A stretch of DNA of 64,000 nucleotides from Candidatus Latescibacterota bacterium (GCA_965208125.1 OZ242320.1:5152001-5216000); one strand, 5' to 3'; shown: positions 18,203-28,473, counted from the first letter of the stretch. The notes: a model not told the origin generated them from the letters alone. Numbers and translations: made by a program.

Positions 18203-20359
18203 TTACCCCTTCTCGACTTTCCGCATCGCCCAACGAATCTCCTCTGCCGTCATATCCGGATCTGAGGGATTGATGAGATTGCCAAAAATATCTGCCCCTA
18301 CCACGTGCTTTCGCAAGCCAGGTCCCCGCAAAAGCGACGTAATGTGAATTTGCATGTGATAGCCGCGATCCACGCCATCTGTTGGTGCTTGCATCAATGC
18401 CAGAGTATAGTGATACGGCGCTCCAAACAACTCGTCTAACCCGCCGAGAACATCGCGCAACCCCACTGCCAAATCGCGCCGATCTTCCCTTTCCAAATCC
18501 AGCAAGCTCGCAACATGTGCCTTTGGCACAATGACCACATCATAGGGAAATTGCGCGGCAAACGGAACATAAGCCAGCACATGAGAGCGATCAACAATAA
18601 CTCGCCGGCCATCTCCGGCTTCCATGTGGTTAGCATCACACACAAAACAGCGCCCCGTTTTCTCGCGATAGGATTCAAACATAGCCAATTGCGGTTTCAC
18701 TATCAGATCGGGAATCTCGCGATACGCATAAACCTGTCCGTGAGGATGCGGTTGAGAATTGCCCATCACCGTGCCCCGGTTCTCAAAAATCAGCGGATAC
18801 ACAATATCAGACGCCTTCCCCAACCGATCGTAAATCTCCGCCCATGCGTCAATCACCTGAACGAACGCATCCAAAGACAGCGTTGATAAACGCTGGGCGT
18901 GATTCGGTGAATAGACCACCACTTCGCACACACCCCGAGATGTACGCGAGAGATATGGACCCAATTGTGCCTGCGTTTGATAGGCGTCCAATACCAGCGT
19001 GGGAAAATCATTCTCAAATGTCCACACACTCTTGTAATTGGGATTTACATCGCCCGTCGCGCGCGTATTTCCAGGGCAGAGATAGCATTCGGGATCATAA
19101 GCCTTATCATCTGCTCCCTCCATAAGCTGCGTTTCTCCGCGCCAGGGTCTGTCTGCGCGATGGGCGGCGATATTGACCCACCGATTCCAAAAAGGATTGA
19201 ATCGCTCCTCCTGCACAACTCGATACCCATGTGGATGGAGCCGATGCCAGTGCCAGGCGGATTCCAGCGTCTCGTATAGCGTTTCCTTCGCAGCCCATCC
19301 CATATCGCGCTGAATGCGACTCGCATCGGCAATAAGCGTTGCGGGATCGCCACTACGCCGCGGTCCTGCCTCTTCGGAAATCTCATGGCCGGTCACTTCA
19401 CGTGCAGCTTCCAGAATCTCCCGCACGCTCACGCCCTGCCCCCTGCCGAGATTGTACGTCGCAGACTGTCCCCCTGCCAACAACATATCCAGGCTCTTAA
19501 TATGTGCATCGGCCAATTCCATCACAGAAATATAATCTCGTACAGCCGTGCCATCGGGGGTTGCATAATCATCCCCAAATATGACTATCTTCTCGCGCTG
19601 CCCCAAAGCCACTTGCAAAACAATGGGGATCAAATGCGTCTCGGGATCGTGATCTTCACCAATCAACCGCGAAGGATCGGCACCTGCGGCATTAAAATAG
19701 CGGAGAACAACATATCTTCCACCAGCCTCTCGCTCGGCATGCAGCAACAGGCGTTCATCCATCATTTTCGTAATGCCATAAACATTCGTGGGAATTTTTA
19801 GCAGAGCAATATCTTCTTCGGAGAGTTTGAAAGCGATATGTTTTTTATACCATCTCAAAAGTGTCTCAAAATCCACTGCAGCGGGCATTAACTGACTTTT
19901 CTCAAAGCCGCCATCAGCGATCCATTTCTGCTGATAATTTTCCTTCAACGGAATGTGTTCTGCGCGGGGTTCGCCATACGTCGCCGCCGTAGATGATTTC
20001 ACAATGGGCAATCCCTTGCCCACATCCAACAAATTCTGAAAAGCAATCACATTATTTTCAAAATATCTGTACGGTATATCTTGAGATTCTCCTACCAGCG
20101 TCCGGGCGGCAAAATCGATAATACCACAAAAATCGTGATCATCAAAAACAGAAGCCAGAGCACTGTAATCGAGCAAATTGACATGCTCGAAACAAAATTG
20201 CTCTGGTCCATACACCCGTTCAAATAGAGTAACGACTTCCCGGTGTCCCGTTGACAGGTCATCCAGCACCACAACCCGGCGGTGACCTTCCAGCAAACGC
20301 CGAACCGCGTGACTGCCAATATAGCCTGCTCCACCTGTCACCAAAACAGCATCTACCAT
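18203..20359 (-). CDS. galE-galT: Fused UDP-glucose 4-epimerase / galactose-1-phosphate uridylyltransferase
   Basis: N-half GGAGYIG, SSTAATYG, YGITK, LRYFNAAG; C-half 'RFNPFWNRWV..HRADRPW', CYLCPGN, catalytic GNSQPHPHGQ, all in one frame. Confidence 0.9.
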   Translation of the reverse strand: MVDAVLVTGGAGYIGSHAVRRLLEGHRRVVVLDDLSTGHREVVTLFERVYGPEQFCFEHVNLLDYSALASVFDDHDFCGIIDFAARTLVGESQDIPYRYFENNVIAFQNLLDVGKGLPIVKSSTAATYGEPRAEHIPLKENYQQKWIADGGFEKSQLMPAAVDFETLLRWYKKHIAFKLSEEDIALLKIPTNVYGITKMMDERLLLHAEREAGGRYVVLRYFNAAGADPSRLIGEDHDPETHLIPIVLQVALGQREKIVIFGDDYATPDGTAVRDYISVMELADAHIKSLDMLLAGGQSATYNLGRGQGVSVREILEAAREVTGHEISEEAGPRRSGDPATLIADASRIQRDMGWAAKETLYETLESAWHWHRLHPHGYRVVQEERFNPFWNRWVNIAAHRADRPWRGETQLMEGADDKAYDPECYLCPGNTRATGDVNPNYKSVWTFENDFPTLVLDAYQTQAQLGPYLSRTSRGVCEVVVYSPNHAQRLSTLSLDAFVQVIDAWAEIYDRLGKASDIVYPLIFENRGTVMGNSQPHPHGQVYAYREIPDLIVKPQLAMFESYREKTGRCFVCDANHMEAGDGRRVIVDRSHVLAYVPFAAQFPYDVVIVPKAHVASLLDLEREDRRDLAVGLRDVLGGLDELFGAPYHYTLALMQAPTDGVDRGYHMQIHITSLLRGPGLRKHVVGADIFGNLINPSDPDMTAEEIRWAMRKVEKG

Positions 20360-20485
20360 ATCAGCTCCTATACAGAATGGTGTACCACGGAGAGAAAATT
20401 ATCACTTTGCACACAAATATACACATCGCACAAACAGACTGAACTATTTTTACAACGCGATATATACCTTGCATTTGTTTTGAAC

Positions 20486-20514
20486 TTGACATCTCGTCAT
20501 AAAGGTCTTATTTT
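20486..20514 (+). promoter_or_regulatory. sigma70-type promoter for greA
   Basis: TTGACA-17 bp-TATTTT. Confidence 0.55.
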
Positions 20515-20558
20515 CCATATAGACAACAAGTTGCCCTTTTATGTTATATTGTGTGCAA

Positions 20559-20610
20559 AAAAGTCTATCTCGAAACCCAATATCGGCTTCCGAGATAGAC
20601 TTTTCGTTTC
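20559..20610 (+). terminator. Terminator-like hairpin in the greA leader
   Basis: 14-bp perfect stem AAAAGTCTATCTCG/CGAGATAGACTTTT, then CGTTTC. Confidence 0.6.
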
Positions 20611-20623
20611 ATGGGATATTATT

Positions 20624-21097
20624 ATGAACCGCGTTTACCTAACCAAAAGCGGGTATGAGAAAATTCGAACTGAGTTGATCCGTCTGCAAACTAAAGAACG
20701 ACCAACTGTCATTGCGGCGATCAAAAAGGCACGCGAGTTTGGCGATTTGAGCGAAAATGCCGAATATCACGCAGCCAAAGAACGACAGGCATTCCTCGAA
20801 AAGAAAATTGTTGAATTACAAGAAAAACTCACGAACTCAGAAATTATCGACGAAAGCCAAATCCCCAAAGACAAAGCCTATCTGGGGGCGACGGTCAAAT
20901 TACAGGATAAAAAAAATGGCAGAGAAATGCAGTACACGCTGGTCACTGTAGATGAAGCCGATTTTGATCAAAATAAAATATCGACAGCATCTCCCATTGG
21001 CAAAGCTCTGTTGGGAAAACGCGTTGGCGAGGTCGTCGATGTACAGGTGCCCGTCGGCATACTCACTTACGAAATTCTCGATATCTCAAGAGATTGA
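20624..21097 (+). CDS. greA: Transcription elongation factor GreA
   Basis: 'AREFGDLSENAEYHAAKE', 'SPIGKALLG'. Confidence 0.96.
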   Translation: MNRVYLTKSGYEKIRTELIRLQTKERPTVIAAIKKAREFGDLSENAEYHAAKERQAFLEKKIVELQEKLTNSEIIDESQIPKDKAYLGATVKLQDKKNGREMQYTLVTVDEADFDQNKISTASPIGKALLGKRVGEVVDVQVPVGILTYEILDISRD

Positions 21098-21140
21098 GTT
21101 TTTTCTTTTTTACAAATTTTTTGTCTTTCAAATAACAAAC

Positions 21141-21177
21141 AAAAAGGGCAAACCGACATCTGTCGATTTGCCCTTTT
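21141..21177. terminator. Bidirectional terminator between greA and rplQ
   Basis: AAAAGGGCAAA...TTTGCCCTTTT stem with inner CGACA/TGTCG. Confidence 0.85.
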
Positions 21178-21192
21178 AAAATGCACAGAAGG

Positions 21193-21636
21193 TCAAGCGT
21201 CTTTCTTTTCCTCTACAACTTCCTCTTCTTCAGCAGAAGTGTCAGACCCGGTTTCCCCAACATCGGATTCGGTTATTGCATCATCGGCCACCAGTTCAAT
21301 CAAACACAACTCGCTGCTGTCACCTCGTCTGGAACCGAGCTTGAAAATGCGCGTATATCCGCCACTTCGATCGGCAAATGAGGGACCAATTTCTTCAAAT
21401 AACTTTGTGAGCACCACCTTATTCTGAATGCGTCGCAAGACTTGACGCCGCGCATGCAAGTCGCCACGCTTGGCAAAAGAGATCAATCGTTCGGCGACAC
21501 TGCGCAATTCTTTCGCCTTTGGCAGTGTAGTACGCAACTTGCCGTTGTCAAACAGAGATGTGGCCATATTGTTGAGCATGGCTTTTTTGTGGCTTGCCGT
21601 GCGACCCAGCTTTCTACCCCTTTTCCCGTGCCTCAT
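21193..21636 (-). CDS. rplQ: 50S ribosomal protein L17
   Basis: 'MRHGKRGRKLGRTASH', 'GGYTRI'. Confidence 0.97.
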   Translation of the reverse strand: MRHGKRGRKLGRTASHKKAMLNNMATSLFDNGKLRTTLPKAKELRSVAERLISFAKRGDLHARRQVLRRIQNKVVLTKLFEEIGPSFADRSGGYTRIFKLGSRRGDSSELCLIELVADDAITESDVGETGSDTSAEEEEVVEEKKDA

Positions 21637-21647
21637 TGGTTTCCTCG

Positions 21648-22664
21648 TTAAAATTCGTCGTCCAAAATCGAGACGTGTTCAGATTTGGCAGCGACTTCTT
21701 GATATTTGCTCACATCAATGCCAAATGCGATGCCCAAATTTTCGAGAATAGCTGTCAATTCATTAAGCGATTTGCGGCCAAAATTGCGGAATTTGAGCAT
21801 TTCATTTTCCGTTTTTTGAACGAGGTCTTCAAGTGTTATAATATTGGCTGCTTTTAGACAATTAGCCGACCGCACTGACAATTCCAGCTCATCTACAGGC
21901 ATCTTGAGCAGCGCTGCAATGCGGCGAGTTTCTTCATCGACAACTTCCTCTAATTCTTCTTCTGGCTCTTCTTCAAAGTTGATAAACAACTCGAGATGAT
22001 TTTTCAATATTCTCGCGGCATGAGCCACTGCATCATCGGGGCGCACAACGCTGTTTGTCCAAACAGCTAATGACAGTTTATCGTAATCGGTCTGCTGTCC
22101 CACTCGCGCATTATCGACTTCATAATGCACTTTGCGAATTGGAGAAAAAGCAGCATCCAACACAATGGTTCCCATGGGCTGCTCTATCTGCTTGTTCGCC
22201 TCTGCCAGCACATAGCCCCGGCCTTTTCCAACGGTGATTTCCATGTCGAGCACACCGTCTTTGTCGAGTGTTGCAATATGCAAATCGGGATTCATCACCT
22301 CGACATCAGCATCGACTTGCAGATCGCCAGCCTTGAGTTCTCCCGGTCCTTCTTTTTTTACATATAGTGACTTGTCTGCATCTGTATGCACGCGCAGACA
22401 AACTTCCTTGAGATTTAGAACGATTTCCGTCACATCTTCAACGATGCCCTCGACCACGGTAAATTCGTGCTGAATCCCTTCAATTTTTACGGCCTTAACA
22501 GCAGCCCCCTCAATGGAGGAAAGCAAAACACGGCGTAAAGCATTCCCAATCGTAGCCCCAAACCCGCGCTCAAGAGGTTGAACACTAAACAGGCCGTAAT
22601 TGTCACTCAGGCTTTCTTCATCGATCTGTACAAATCGAGGCATTTGAAAATTTTTCGCTTCCAT
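21648..22664 (-). CDS. rpoA: RNA polymerase subunit alpha
   Basis: 'PLERGFGATIGNALRRVLLSS', 'LELSVRSANCL', 'NFGRKSL'. Confidence 0.97.
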   Translation of the reverse strand: MEAKNFQMPRFVQIDEESLSDNYGLFSVQPLERGFGATIGNALRRVLLSSIEGAAVKAVKIEGIQHEFTVVEGIVEDVTEIVLNLKEVCLRVHTDADKSLYVKKEGPGELKAGDLQVDADVEVMNPDLHIATLDKDGVLDMEITVGKGRGYVLAEANKQIEQPMGTIVLDAAFSPIRKVHYEVDNARVGQQTDYDKLSLAVWTNSVVRPDDAVAHAARILKNHLELFINFEEEPEEELEEVVDEETRRIAALLKMPVDELELSVRSANCLKAANIITLEDLVQKTENEMLKFRNFGRKSLNELTAILENLGIAFGIDVSKYQEVAAKSEHVSILDDEF

Positions 22665-22690
22665 AAACAAAAGCTCCTGGTGCGCGTCCA

Positions 22691-23320
22691 TTACTTGGAG
22701 TAAAGCTCAACAATGAGCTGCTCTTCAACAGGCGTCGGTATATCATCTCGCTTTGGATATTCTACAAGCGTACCACTCAAGTTCACTTTATCTACGGAAA
22801 GCCAGGACGATTGACCTCCATCACCTGTGCGCTTGAGTGCATCGTGAATAAGTTGCAATTGACGACTTTTTTCTCGCACCTGCACAGTATCTCCCGGCGA
22901 AACCTGGAATGAGGGAATATCCACGGTTCGTCCATTGACAGCAATGTGTCGATGTCTCACGAGTTGCCGCGCTGATTTTCGAGATGGCGCAAACCCCAAA
23001 CGATATATCATGTTGTCCAAGCGACATTCGAGCATTTGCAAAAGCAACTCACCCGTCACACCCTTTCTGCGAGCGGCTTTTGAATAATACGTGCGAAACT
23101 GGTTTTCCAGCACGCCGTAGATACGCTTTGTTTTTTGTTTTTCTCGGAGTTGAAGTGCGTATTCCGATGGCTTTCGACGCATGTTTTGTCCATGCATGCC
23201 GGGCGCATAACTTCGTCGGTCAAATGAACATTTATCCATGTAACACCGCGCACCTTTGAGAAACAATTTCATACCTTCTCGTCGGCACAATTTACAACTT
23301 GAGCCAGTGTATCTCGCCAT
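22691..23320 (-). CDS. rpsD: 30S ribosomal protein S4
   Basis: 'MARYTG..CKLCRREG', 'QLREKQK', 'IVELYSK'. Confidence 0.97.
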   Translation of the reverse strand: MARYTGSSCKLCRREGMKLFLKGARCYMDKCSFDRRSYAPGMHGQNMRRKPSEYALQLREKQKTKRIYGVLENQFRTYYSKAARRKGVTGELLLQMLECRLDNMIYRLGFAPSRKSARQLVRHRHIAVNGRTVDIPSFQVSPGDTVQVREKSRQLQLIHDALKRTGDGGQSSWLSVDKVNLSGTLVEYPKRDDIPTPVEEQLIVELYSK

Positions 23321-23343
23321 TCAATATCTCCCTGTTTTCTGTG

Positions 23344-23727
23344 TTAAACGCGACGTCGCTTAGGAGGGCGGCACCCATTGTGTGGAATTGGAGTAACATC
23401 TTTGATCGCTGAAATTTCCAATCCAGCTCCCTGCAGCGACCGCACGGCGGCTTCTCGCCCCACGCCAGGTCCTTTGACCCAGACTTCTACCCGACGCAAA
23501 CCCATTGCCATCGCCTCTCGCGCCGCATCCGTAGCAGCCAGCTGAGCGGCATAGGGTGTACTTTTTCTCGATCCCTTAAATCCCACTTTCCCCGTTGATG
23601 ACCAGGAAATAACTCTGCCTTCACGATCACTCAGGGTGACAATAGTATTGTTAAAACTGGCATTGACGTGTGCAACGCCATGAGCTTCAACGCGTCTATT
23701 CCGTCGTCTCCCTCTTCTGACTGCCAA
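23344..23727 (-). CDS. rpsK: 30S ribosomal protein S11
   Basis: 'ASFNNTIV', '[13 protein letters not shown]', '[13 protein letters not shown]'; TTG start after AGGAGGAG. Confidence 0.96.
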   Translation of the reverse strand: MAVRRGRRRNRRVEAHGVAHVNASFNNTIVTLSDREGRVISWSSTGKVGFKGSRKSTPYAAQLAATDAAREAMAMGLRRVEVWVKGPGVGREAAVRSLQGAGLEISAIKDVTPIPHNGCRPPKRRRV

Positions 23728-23758
23728 ACGACTCCTCCTTTGATTGTCCTGCGTTTGG

Positions 23759-24133
23759 TTATACGGTTCGTCTTCGACTGCCAATACCGGGTTTCTTTCC
23801 CTTGCGCGTCCTGGCGTTGGTGCGCGTCCTCTGGCCTCTCACCGGTAATCCCCGACGCCATCGCAAACCGCGATAGCATCCAATATCCATCAATCGCTTG
23901 ATGTTCATTGCAACTTCACTCCGCAGGTTTCCTTCAACCTTGTATTCGCCTTCAACAACCGAGCGCAATTTGGTGACTTCCTCATCAGTCAAAGCATCTA
24001 CGCGCGTGTCAGGCGAAATCTGCGTTTGTGTCAAAATTTTTTGTGACGTACTCAAACCAATGCCCAAAATATATGTCAACGCAACTTCTACGCGCTTTTC
24101 TCTGGGAATATCTACACCTGCAATTCGGGCCAT
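23759..24133 (-). CDS. rpsM: 30S ribosomal protein S13
   Basis: '[10 protein letters not shown]', '[18 protein letters not shown]'. Confidence 0.97.
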   Translation of the reverse strand: MARIAGVDIPREKRVEVALTYILGIGLSTSQKILTQTQISPDTRVDALTDEEVTKLRSVVEGEYKVEGNLRSEVAMNIKRLMDIGCYRGLRWRRGLPVRGQRTRTNARTRKGKKPGIGSRRRTV

Positions 24134-24154
24134 GTGATAGCGTCTCCTATGAGT

Positions 24155-24271
24155 TTATCCCTGTCGCTGTTTGTGTCGCGGGTTGACTTTGCAAATCACG
24201 CGCACAACACCGCGTCGGCGAATAATCTTGCAGTGATTGCAACGACGGCGAACAGATGATTGGACTTTCAT
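24155..24271 (-). CDS. rpmJ: 50S ribosomal protein L36 (Zn-binding type; missing from the ORF track)
   Basis: Manual translation [38 protein letters not shown]. Confidence 0.96.
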   Translation of the reverse strand: MKVQSSVRRRCNHCKIIRRRGVVRVICKVNPRHKQRQG

Positions 24272-24298
24272 AAATAAATCTCCAGCATTTAGAATAAA

Positions 24299-25642
24299 TC
24301 AAGCTCGGCGCCCTCGAATGCGGCCTTTTTTCATAAACCCATCGTAGTGGCGCATCAACAAATGCGACTCAATCTGCTGTAAAGTGTCGAGCGCCACACC
24401 GACCATAATCAATAAACCCGTGCCGCCAAACACTTGTTCGAGGCCTGGATGAACCCCCATAGAATTAATAATAAAGTATGGGCCAACAGCTATTGCAGCT
24501 AAGAAAATCGCACCTGGCATGTTGATTCGCGTAAGCACCCGATCAATAAAGTCTGAGGTGCGTTTGCCCGGTCTGACGCCGGGAATAAATCCGCCTTGCC
24601 GTTTCATATTATCAGCCAGATCAATCGGATTAAACACAATAGCGGTATAAAAGTAAGCAAAGAAAATGACCAGCAATGAGTAAATCGACCAGTAGGGCAA
24701 TGACACCCAGGACATACTCGGCGTAAAAGCAGCCGCGAGATTTTGCATAAATTCATTATTAGGGGCAAATCCGGCCATTGTCGCAGGCAAAAACATAATG
24801 GCCTGAGCAAAAATAATAGGCATCACGCCAGAAGTATTGACTTTAAGCGGTATATGTGTGCTTTGCCCACCATATACCCGCCGCCCAACGACGCGTTTGG
24901 CGTATTGTACCGGAATTCTACGCGTACCCTGTGTGATGAGTACCACCAGGGCAGTCAATGCAACAACGATAACTAAAACAGCTATTTCAATCAAAATTGG
25001 TTTGTCATTGGTCACAAAATCCCGATATTCCTGCCGCACGACAAAGGGCAATGCCGCAATAATGCCAATAAAAATGAGTAGCGACATCCCATTGCCGATG
25101 CCGTGTGCATCAATCTGTTCGCCCAACCACATAATAAACACGGTTCCGGCAGTAATTGTCAATACGGTCAACAGACGGAAGCCCCATCCGGGATAGAGCA
25201 CGACCGAAAGGCCAGTTTCTGGCGACTGAAGGCTTTCCAGAAAAAAACTCACGCCCAGAGACTGTGCTGCAGCCAGTGCAACTGTGCCATACCGCGTATA
25301 TTGAATGATCTTTTTGCGCCCTGCTTCACCTTCCTTTTGCAACTTTTGGAGGGATGGCACCACAGCACCCATCAATTGAAAAATAATGGACGCACTAATA
25401 TAAGGCATAATACCCAGTGCAAATACCGTCGCACGGGTAAACGCCCCACCTACAAACATGTCGTAGAGGCCAAAGATCGTCTGGCTGGTGCCCGCAAAAA
25501 ATTCACCCAGGGCAACCCGGTCTATTCCGGGTATGGGAATCTGCCCGCCCAGGCGATAAATCGCCAGAATACCCAGCGTAAATAATACCTTATTTCGCAG
25601 TTCTGGAATCTTAAAAACGCTCTTGACGCTCTCGAGCAACAC
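24299..25642 (-). CDS. secY: Preprotein translocase SecY
   Basis: 'FALGIMPYISASII', 'GIGNGMSLLI', 'GGFIPGVRPG'. Confidence 0.97.
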   Translation of the reverse strand: MLLESVKSVFKIPELRNKVLFTLGILAIYRLGGQIPIPGIDRVALGEFFAGTSQTIFGLYDMFVGGAFTRATVFALGIMPYISASIIFQLMGAVVPSLQKLQKEGEAGRKKIIQYTRYGTVALAAAQSLGVSFFLESLQSPETGLSVVLYPGWGFRLLTVLTITAGTVFIMWLGEQIDAHGIGNGMSLLIFIGIIAALPFVVRQEYRDFVTNDKPILIEIAVLVIVVALTALVVLITQGTRRIPVQYAKRVVGRRVYGGQSTHIPLKVNTSGVMPIIFAQAIMFLPATMAGFAPNNEFMQNLAAAFTPSMSWVSLPYWSIYSLLVIFFAYFYTAIVFNPIDLADNMKRQGGFIPGVRPGKRTSDFIDRVLTRINMPGAIFLAAIAVGPYFIINSMGVHPGLEQVFGGTGLLIMVGVALDTLQQIESHLLMRHYDGFMKKGRIRGRRA

Positions 25643-25661
25643 CGCCTCCTCTCAGCCGTGC

Positions 25662-26126
25662 TCAGTCGGTTTTGGCCGCGCCACCGATGTTGGCCTCAAC
25701 TTGTCCCCCAGCTGCAAGAACTTTTTTTGCTGCTGCAGCTGATATCGCCTGAACCCGAATCTGTAATGGTGCAGAAATTTCGCCTCGCCCCAAAATTTTC
25801 ACAGGGCGTTTTGTAGAGGCAATCAAACCCGCAGTTTTGAGCACTTCAGGGGTAATCTCACCTGAAAGTTCTTTTTCCGCCAAATCGTCGAGATTTACGA
25901 CCTGATAGGTCACCCGAAAAGGATTGTTAAACCCAACTTTCGGCAAGCGCTGGTGCAGGGGCATTTGCCCTCCTTCAAACCAAACTTTGCGCTTGGATCC
26001 CGAGCGTGCTCGCTGTCCTTTGTGCCCTTTACCCGCTGTTTTACCCGTTCCGGAGCCAGGACCAATGCCCAAACGTTTCTTTTTAAAAGTTGCCCCTTTG
26101 GGCGGAGAGAGATTCCCAAGTTTCAT
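25662..26126 (-). CDS. rplO: 50S ribosomal protein L15
   Basis: 'GSGTGKTAGKGHKGQRAR', 'FEGGQMPL'. Confidence 0.96.
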   Translation of the reverse strand: MKLGNLSPPKGATFKKKRLGIGPGSGTGKTAGKGHKGQRARSGSKRKVWFEGGQMPLHQRLPKVGFNNPFRVTYQVVNLDDLAEKELSGEITPEVLKTAGLIASTKRPVKILGRGEISAPLQIRVQAISAAAAKKVLAAGGQVEANIGGAAKTD

Positions 26127-26142
26127 TCTCGCATCCCGCGTT

Positions 26143-26334
26143 TTATGTTTCTTCAACTTTGACCAGATGTGCAACAGTCGCCAACATGCCGCGCAATTGA
26201 GGAGAGTCAGCGTGTTCCACAGTATGCCGAATGCGGCGAATTCCCAACGCATCCAGAGTTTGTTGTTGTTTTTTTTGCCGCTTAATTGCACTGCGAATTT
26301 GTGTAATCCGCAGCGTTTTTTGCTCGCCCATCAC
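26143..26334 (-). CDS. rpmD: 50S ribosomal protein L30
   Basis: '[10 protein letters not shown]', 'TLDALG', position in spc operon. Confidence 0.93.
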   Translation of the reverse strand: MMGEQKTLRITQIRSAIKRQKKQQQTLDALGIRRIRHTVEHADSPQLRGMLATVAHLVKVEET

Positions 26335-26849
26335 TGCCCCCGTACAGAAACCAATTCGGATTCTTCTACACCGCGCAATAGTGCAAACATTCTCGCATCT
26401 TTCAATCGCGTTAATCCCTCCATCGCGGCTTTAACAGCATTCTGGGGGTTTTGCGAACCCAATGATTTTGTCAGCACATTTTGAACACCAGCCAGTTCCA
26501 AAACCGCACGCACACCGCCTCCTGCGATAATACCCGTGCCAGGTGCGGCCGGTTTGAGCAAAACCCGAGAAGCACCAAACTTTCCAATAATCTCGTGCGG
26601 CAATGTACCATCAACGACTGGCACGCGCACCAGATTCTTTTTGGCCTCGTCGGTAGCTTTGCGAATGGCTTCAGAGACTTCGCCTGCTTTCCCCATCCCA
26701 ATGCCCACAATGCCTTTTTTATCACCAATTACACAAAGCGCGTTAAAAGCAAAACGCCGTCCACCTTTGCGAACGTGAGAGACCCGCTTGATACTGTTGT
26801 TGATGACGATTTCCGTCAGATCTAAACCCGTGGCTTCAATTCTGCTCAA
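26331..26849 (-). CDS. rpsE: 30S ribosomal protein S5
   Basis: 'KGGRRFAF', '[12 protein letters not shown]', 'KSLGSQNP'. Confidence 0.96.
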   Translation of the reverse strand: MSRIEATGLDLTEIVINNSIKRVSHVRKGGRRFAFNALCVIGDKKGIVGIGMGKAGEVSEAIRKATDEAKKNLVRVPVVDGTLPHEIIGKFGASRVLLKPAAPGTGIIAGGGVRAVLELAGVQNVLTKSLGSQNPQNAVKAAMEGLTRLKDARMFALLRGVEESELVSVRGQ

Positions 26850-26865
26850 AATCGCCTCCTTAACA

Positions 26866-27240
26866 TTAAAATTTTAACCCGCCTTCGCGTGCACCTTCTG
26901 CCAATGCTTTGACACGACCGTGATAGAGATAACCAGCGCGGTCAAAAACAACCTGCGAAATTCCAGCTTCCTGCGCTCTTATAGCCAAAGCTTTACCCAC
27001 TTCGCGACTCCTGTTGCATTTGCCTTCAATAGTTTTTAACTGATCTTTGAGTTGCGGAGTATTTGAGGATATCCCCATTAGAGAACGTCCATTCATATCA
27101 TCAATTAATTGCGCCTGAATATGTTTTAGACTCCTGAAAATCGTCAGACGCGGACGATCGGCCGTTCCCTGAAGTCTCTTTCTAATACGCATTTGACGGC
27201 GCTTGTGCATCTTTGTTTTTTTAATTTTTTTATCTGCCAT
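26866..27240 (-). CDS. rplR: 50S ribosomal protein L18
   Basis: 'RPRLTIFRS', '[18 protein letters not shown]'. Confidence 0.96.
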   Translation of the reverse strand: MADKKIKKTKMHKRRQMRIRKRLQGTADRPRLTIFRSLKHIQAQLIDDMNGRSLMGISSNTPQLKDQLKTIEGKCNRSREVGKALAIRAQEAGISQVVFDRAGYLYHGRVKALAEGAREGGLKF

Positions 27241-27256
27241 TAAACAACCTCAAAAT

Positions 27257-27823
27257 TTAAGCTACTGCGGCCTTCCCAGCCTTGCGTCGCACGTATTCGT
27301 TACTGTAGCGGATACCTTTCCCTTTATAGGGTTCGGGAGGCCGAATATTTCGAATGTTCGCCGCCGTGCGTCCCACGAGTTCTTTATCGGCCCCACTGAT
27401 CTTAACCAGCGCCTGGGAATTTTCTATCTCAGGAGGAGGAGCATCGATACTAAATTCAATTCCCTGAGGAGCTTCAACCGTCACTGTATGGCTGTACCCC
27501 ACGTTGATGTCCAAATTCTTCCCTTTCATATCTGCGCGATATCCCACCCCAACAACTACCAGTTGCTTCTCAAAACCAGCCGTAACCCCCTGAACAGCAT
27601 TTGCCAATAAGGCACGCGTGAGACCCCAAATAGATTTGTGATGCCGGTCTTCGGGATCTTGCACCGTAACAGAAAGGGATTCACCCTCTTGCACGACCTG
27701 CGTGAGTGGATGTAAAGGCACCTGTAAAGCCCCCTTAGGGCCTTTTATCTCCGCCTCTGTTGCTCCAATTTTCACATTGACGCCCCCTGGAACGTCAATC
27801 GGCTGTTGACCTATTCTCGACAC
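27257..27823 (-). CDS. rplF: 50S ribosomal protein L6
   Basis: 'MSRIG', 'GVGYRA', 'RPPEPYKGKGIRY'. Confidence 0.97.
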   Translation of the reverse strand: MSRIGQQPIDVPGGVNVKIGATEAEIKGPKGALQVPLHPLTQVVQEGESLSVTVQDPEDRHHKSIWGLTRALLANAVQGVTAGFEKQLVVVGVGYRADMKGKNLDINVGYSHTVTVEAPQGIEFSIDAPPPEIENSQALVKISGADKELVGRTAANIRNIRPPEPYKGKGIRYSNEYVRRKAGKAAVA

Positions 27824-27843
27824 GATGCACTCCTTCCAGACCT

Positions 27844-28239
27844 CTACCAGACGCTACAAATAACTTCGCCGCCAACACCTTCTCGACGCGCAGTTCGATC
27901 TGTCAAAATACCTTTTGATGTCGATAAAATAGCGACACCCAATCCATTGAGTATTCGAGGAATTTCGTCTTTGCCTACATATTTTCTCAGACCGGGGCGA
28001 CTTTCGCGCTTCAACCCTTGAATCGCGCTTTCCTCATCGGGACTATATTTGAGATAAAGACGCAAATAACCCTGTCGGTTGTCATCGATATACGCATAGT
28101 TGTGAACAAAGCCGCTTTCTTTTAAGATGCGGGCAATCTCGCGCTTCATCCTGGAACTCGGAATATCCACCTTGCGATGTCCGGCGCGACAGGCATTTCG
28201 CACACGCGTCAACATATCGGCAATCGGATCCGTCATCAT
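27844..28239 (-). CDS. rpsH: 30S ribosomal protein S8
   Basis: '[14 protein letters not shown]', 'SRPGLRKY', 'GGEVIC'. Confidence 0.97.
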   Translation of the reverse strand: MMTDPIADMLTRVRNACRAGHRKVDIPSSRMKREIARILKESGFVHNYAYIDDNRQGYLRLYLKYSPDEESAIQGLKRESRPGLRKYVGKDEIPRILNGLGVAILSTSKGILTDRTARREGVGGEVICSVW

Positions 28240-28256
28240 GTGAGCTTCTCCCTCAA

Positions 28257-28442
28257 TTACCAACTGGCCTTTGTCACGCCGGGAATCTCACCAGCGAGAG
28301 CCAGCTCGCGAAAACATATACGACAAATCCCAAATTTGCGCAAATAACCGCGTGGTCTGCCGCACCTGTGACACCGATTATAGCGGCGGACCGCAAATTT
28401 TTGTTTGCGCTTTGCTTTGGCAATCATAGACTTTTTAGCCAT
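28257..28442 (-). CDS. rpsN: 30S ribosomal protein S14 type Z
   Basis: 61 aa with CxxC...CxxC, 'PGVTKASW'. Confidence 0.96.
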   Translation of the reverse strand: MAKKSMIAKAKRKQKFAVRRYNRCHRCGRPRGYLRKFGICRICFRELALAGEIPGVTKASW

Positions 28443-28473
28443 ATTAATCCTGACCTCGTGTTGATTCTTTTAT

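Noticed and set aside
20282-20623. N-terminal extensions in the ORF track (greA here; likewise polB, rplO, rplE, rplL, rpsG, rpsL)
   Set aside because: Longest-ORF artefacts; conserved N-termini and RBSs point to downstream starts
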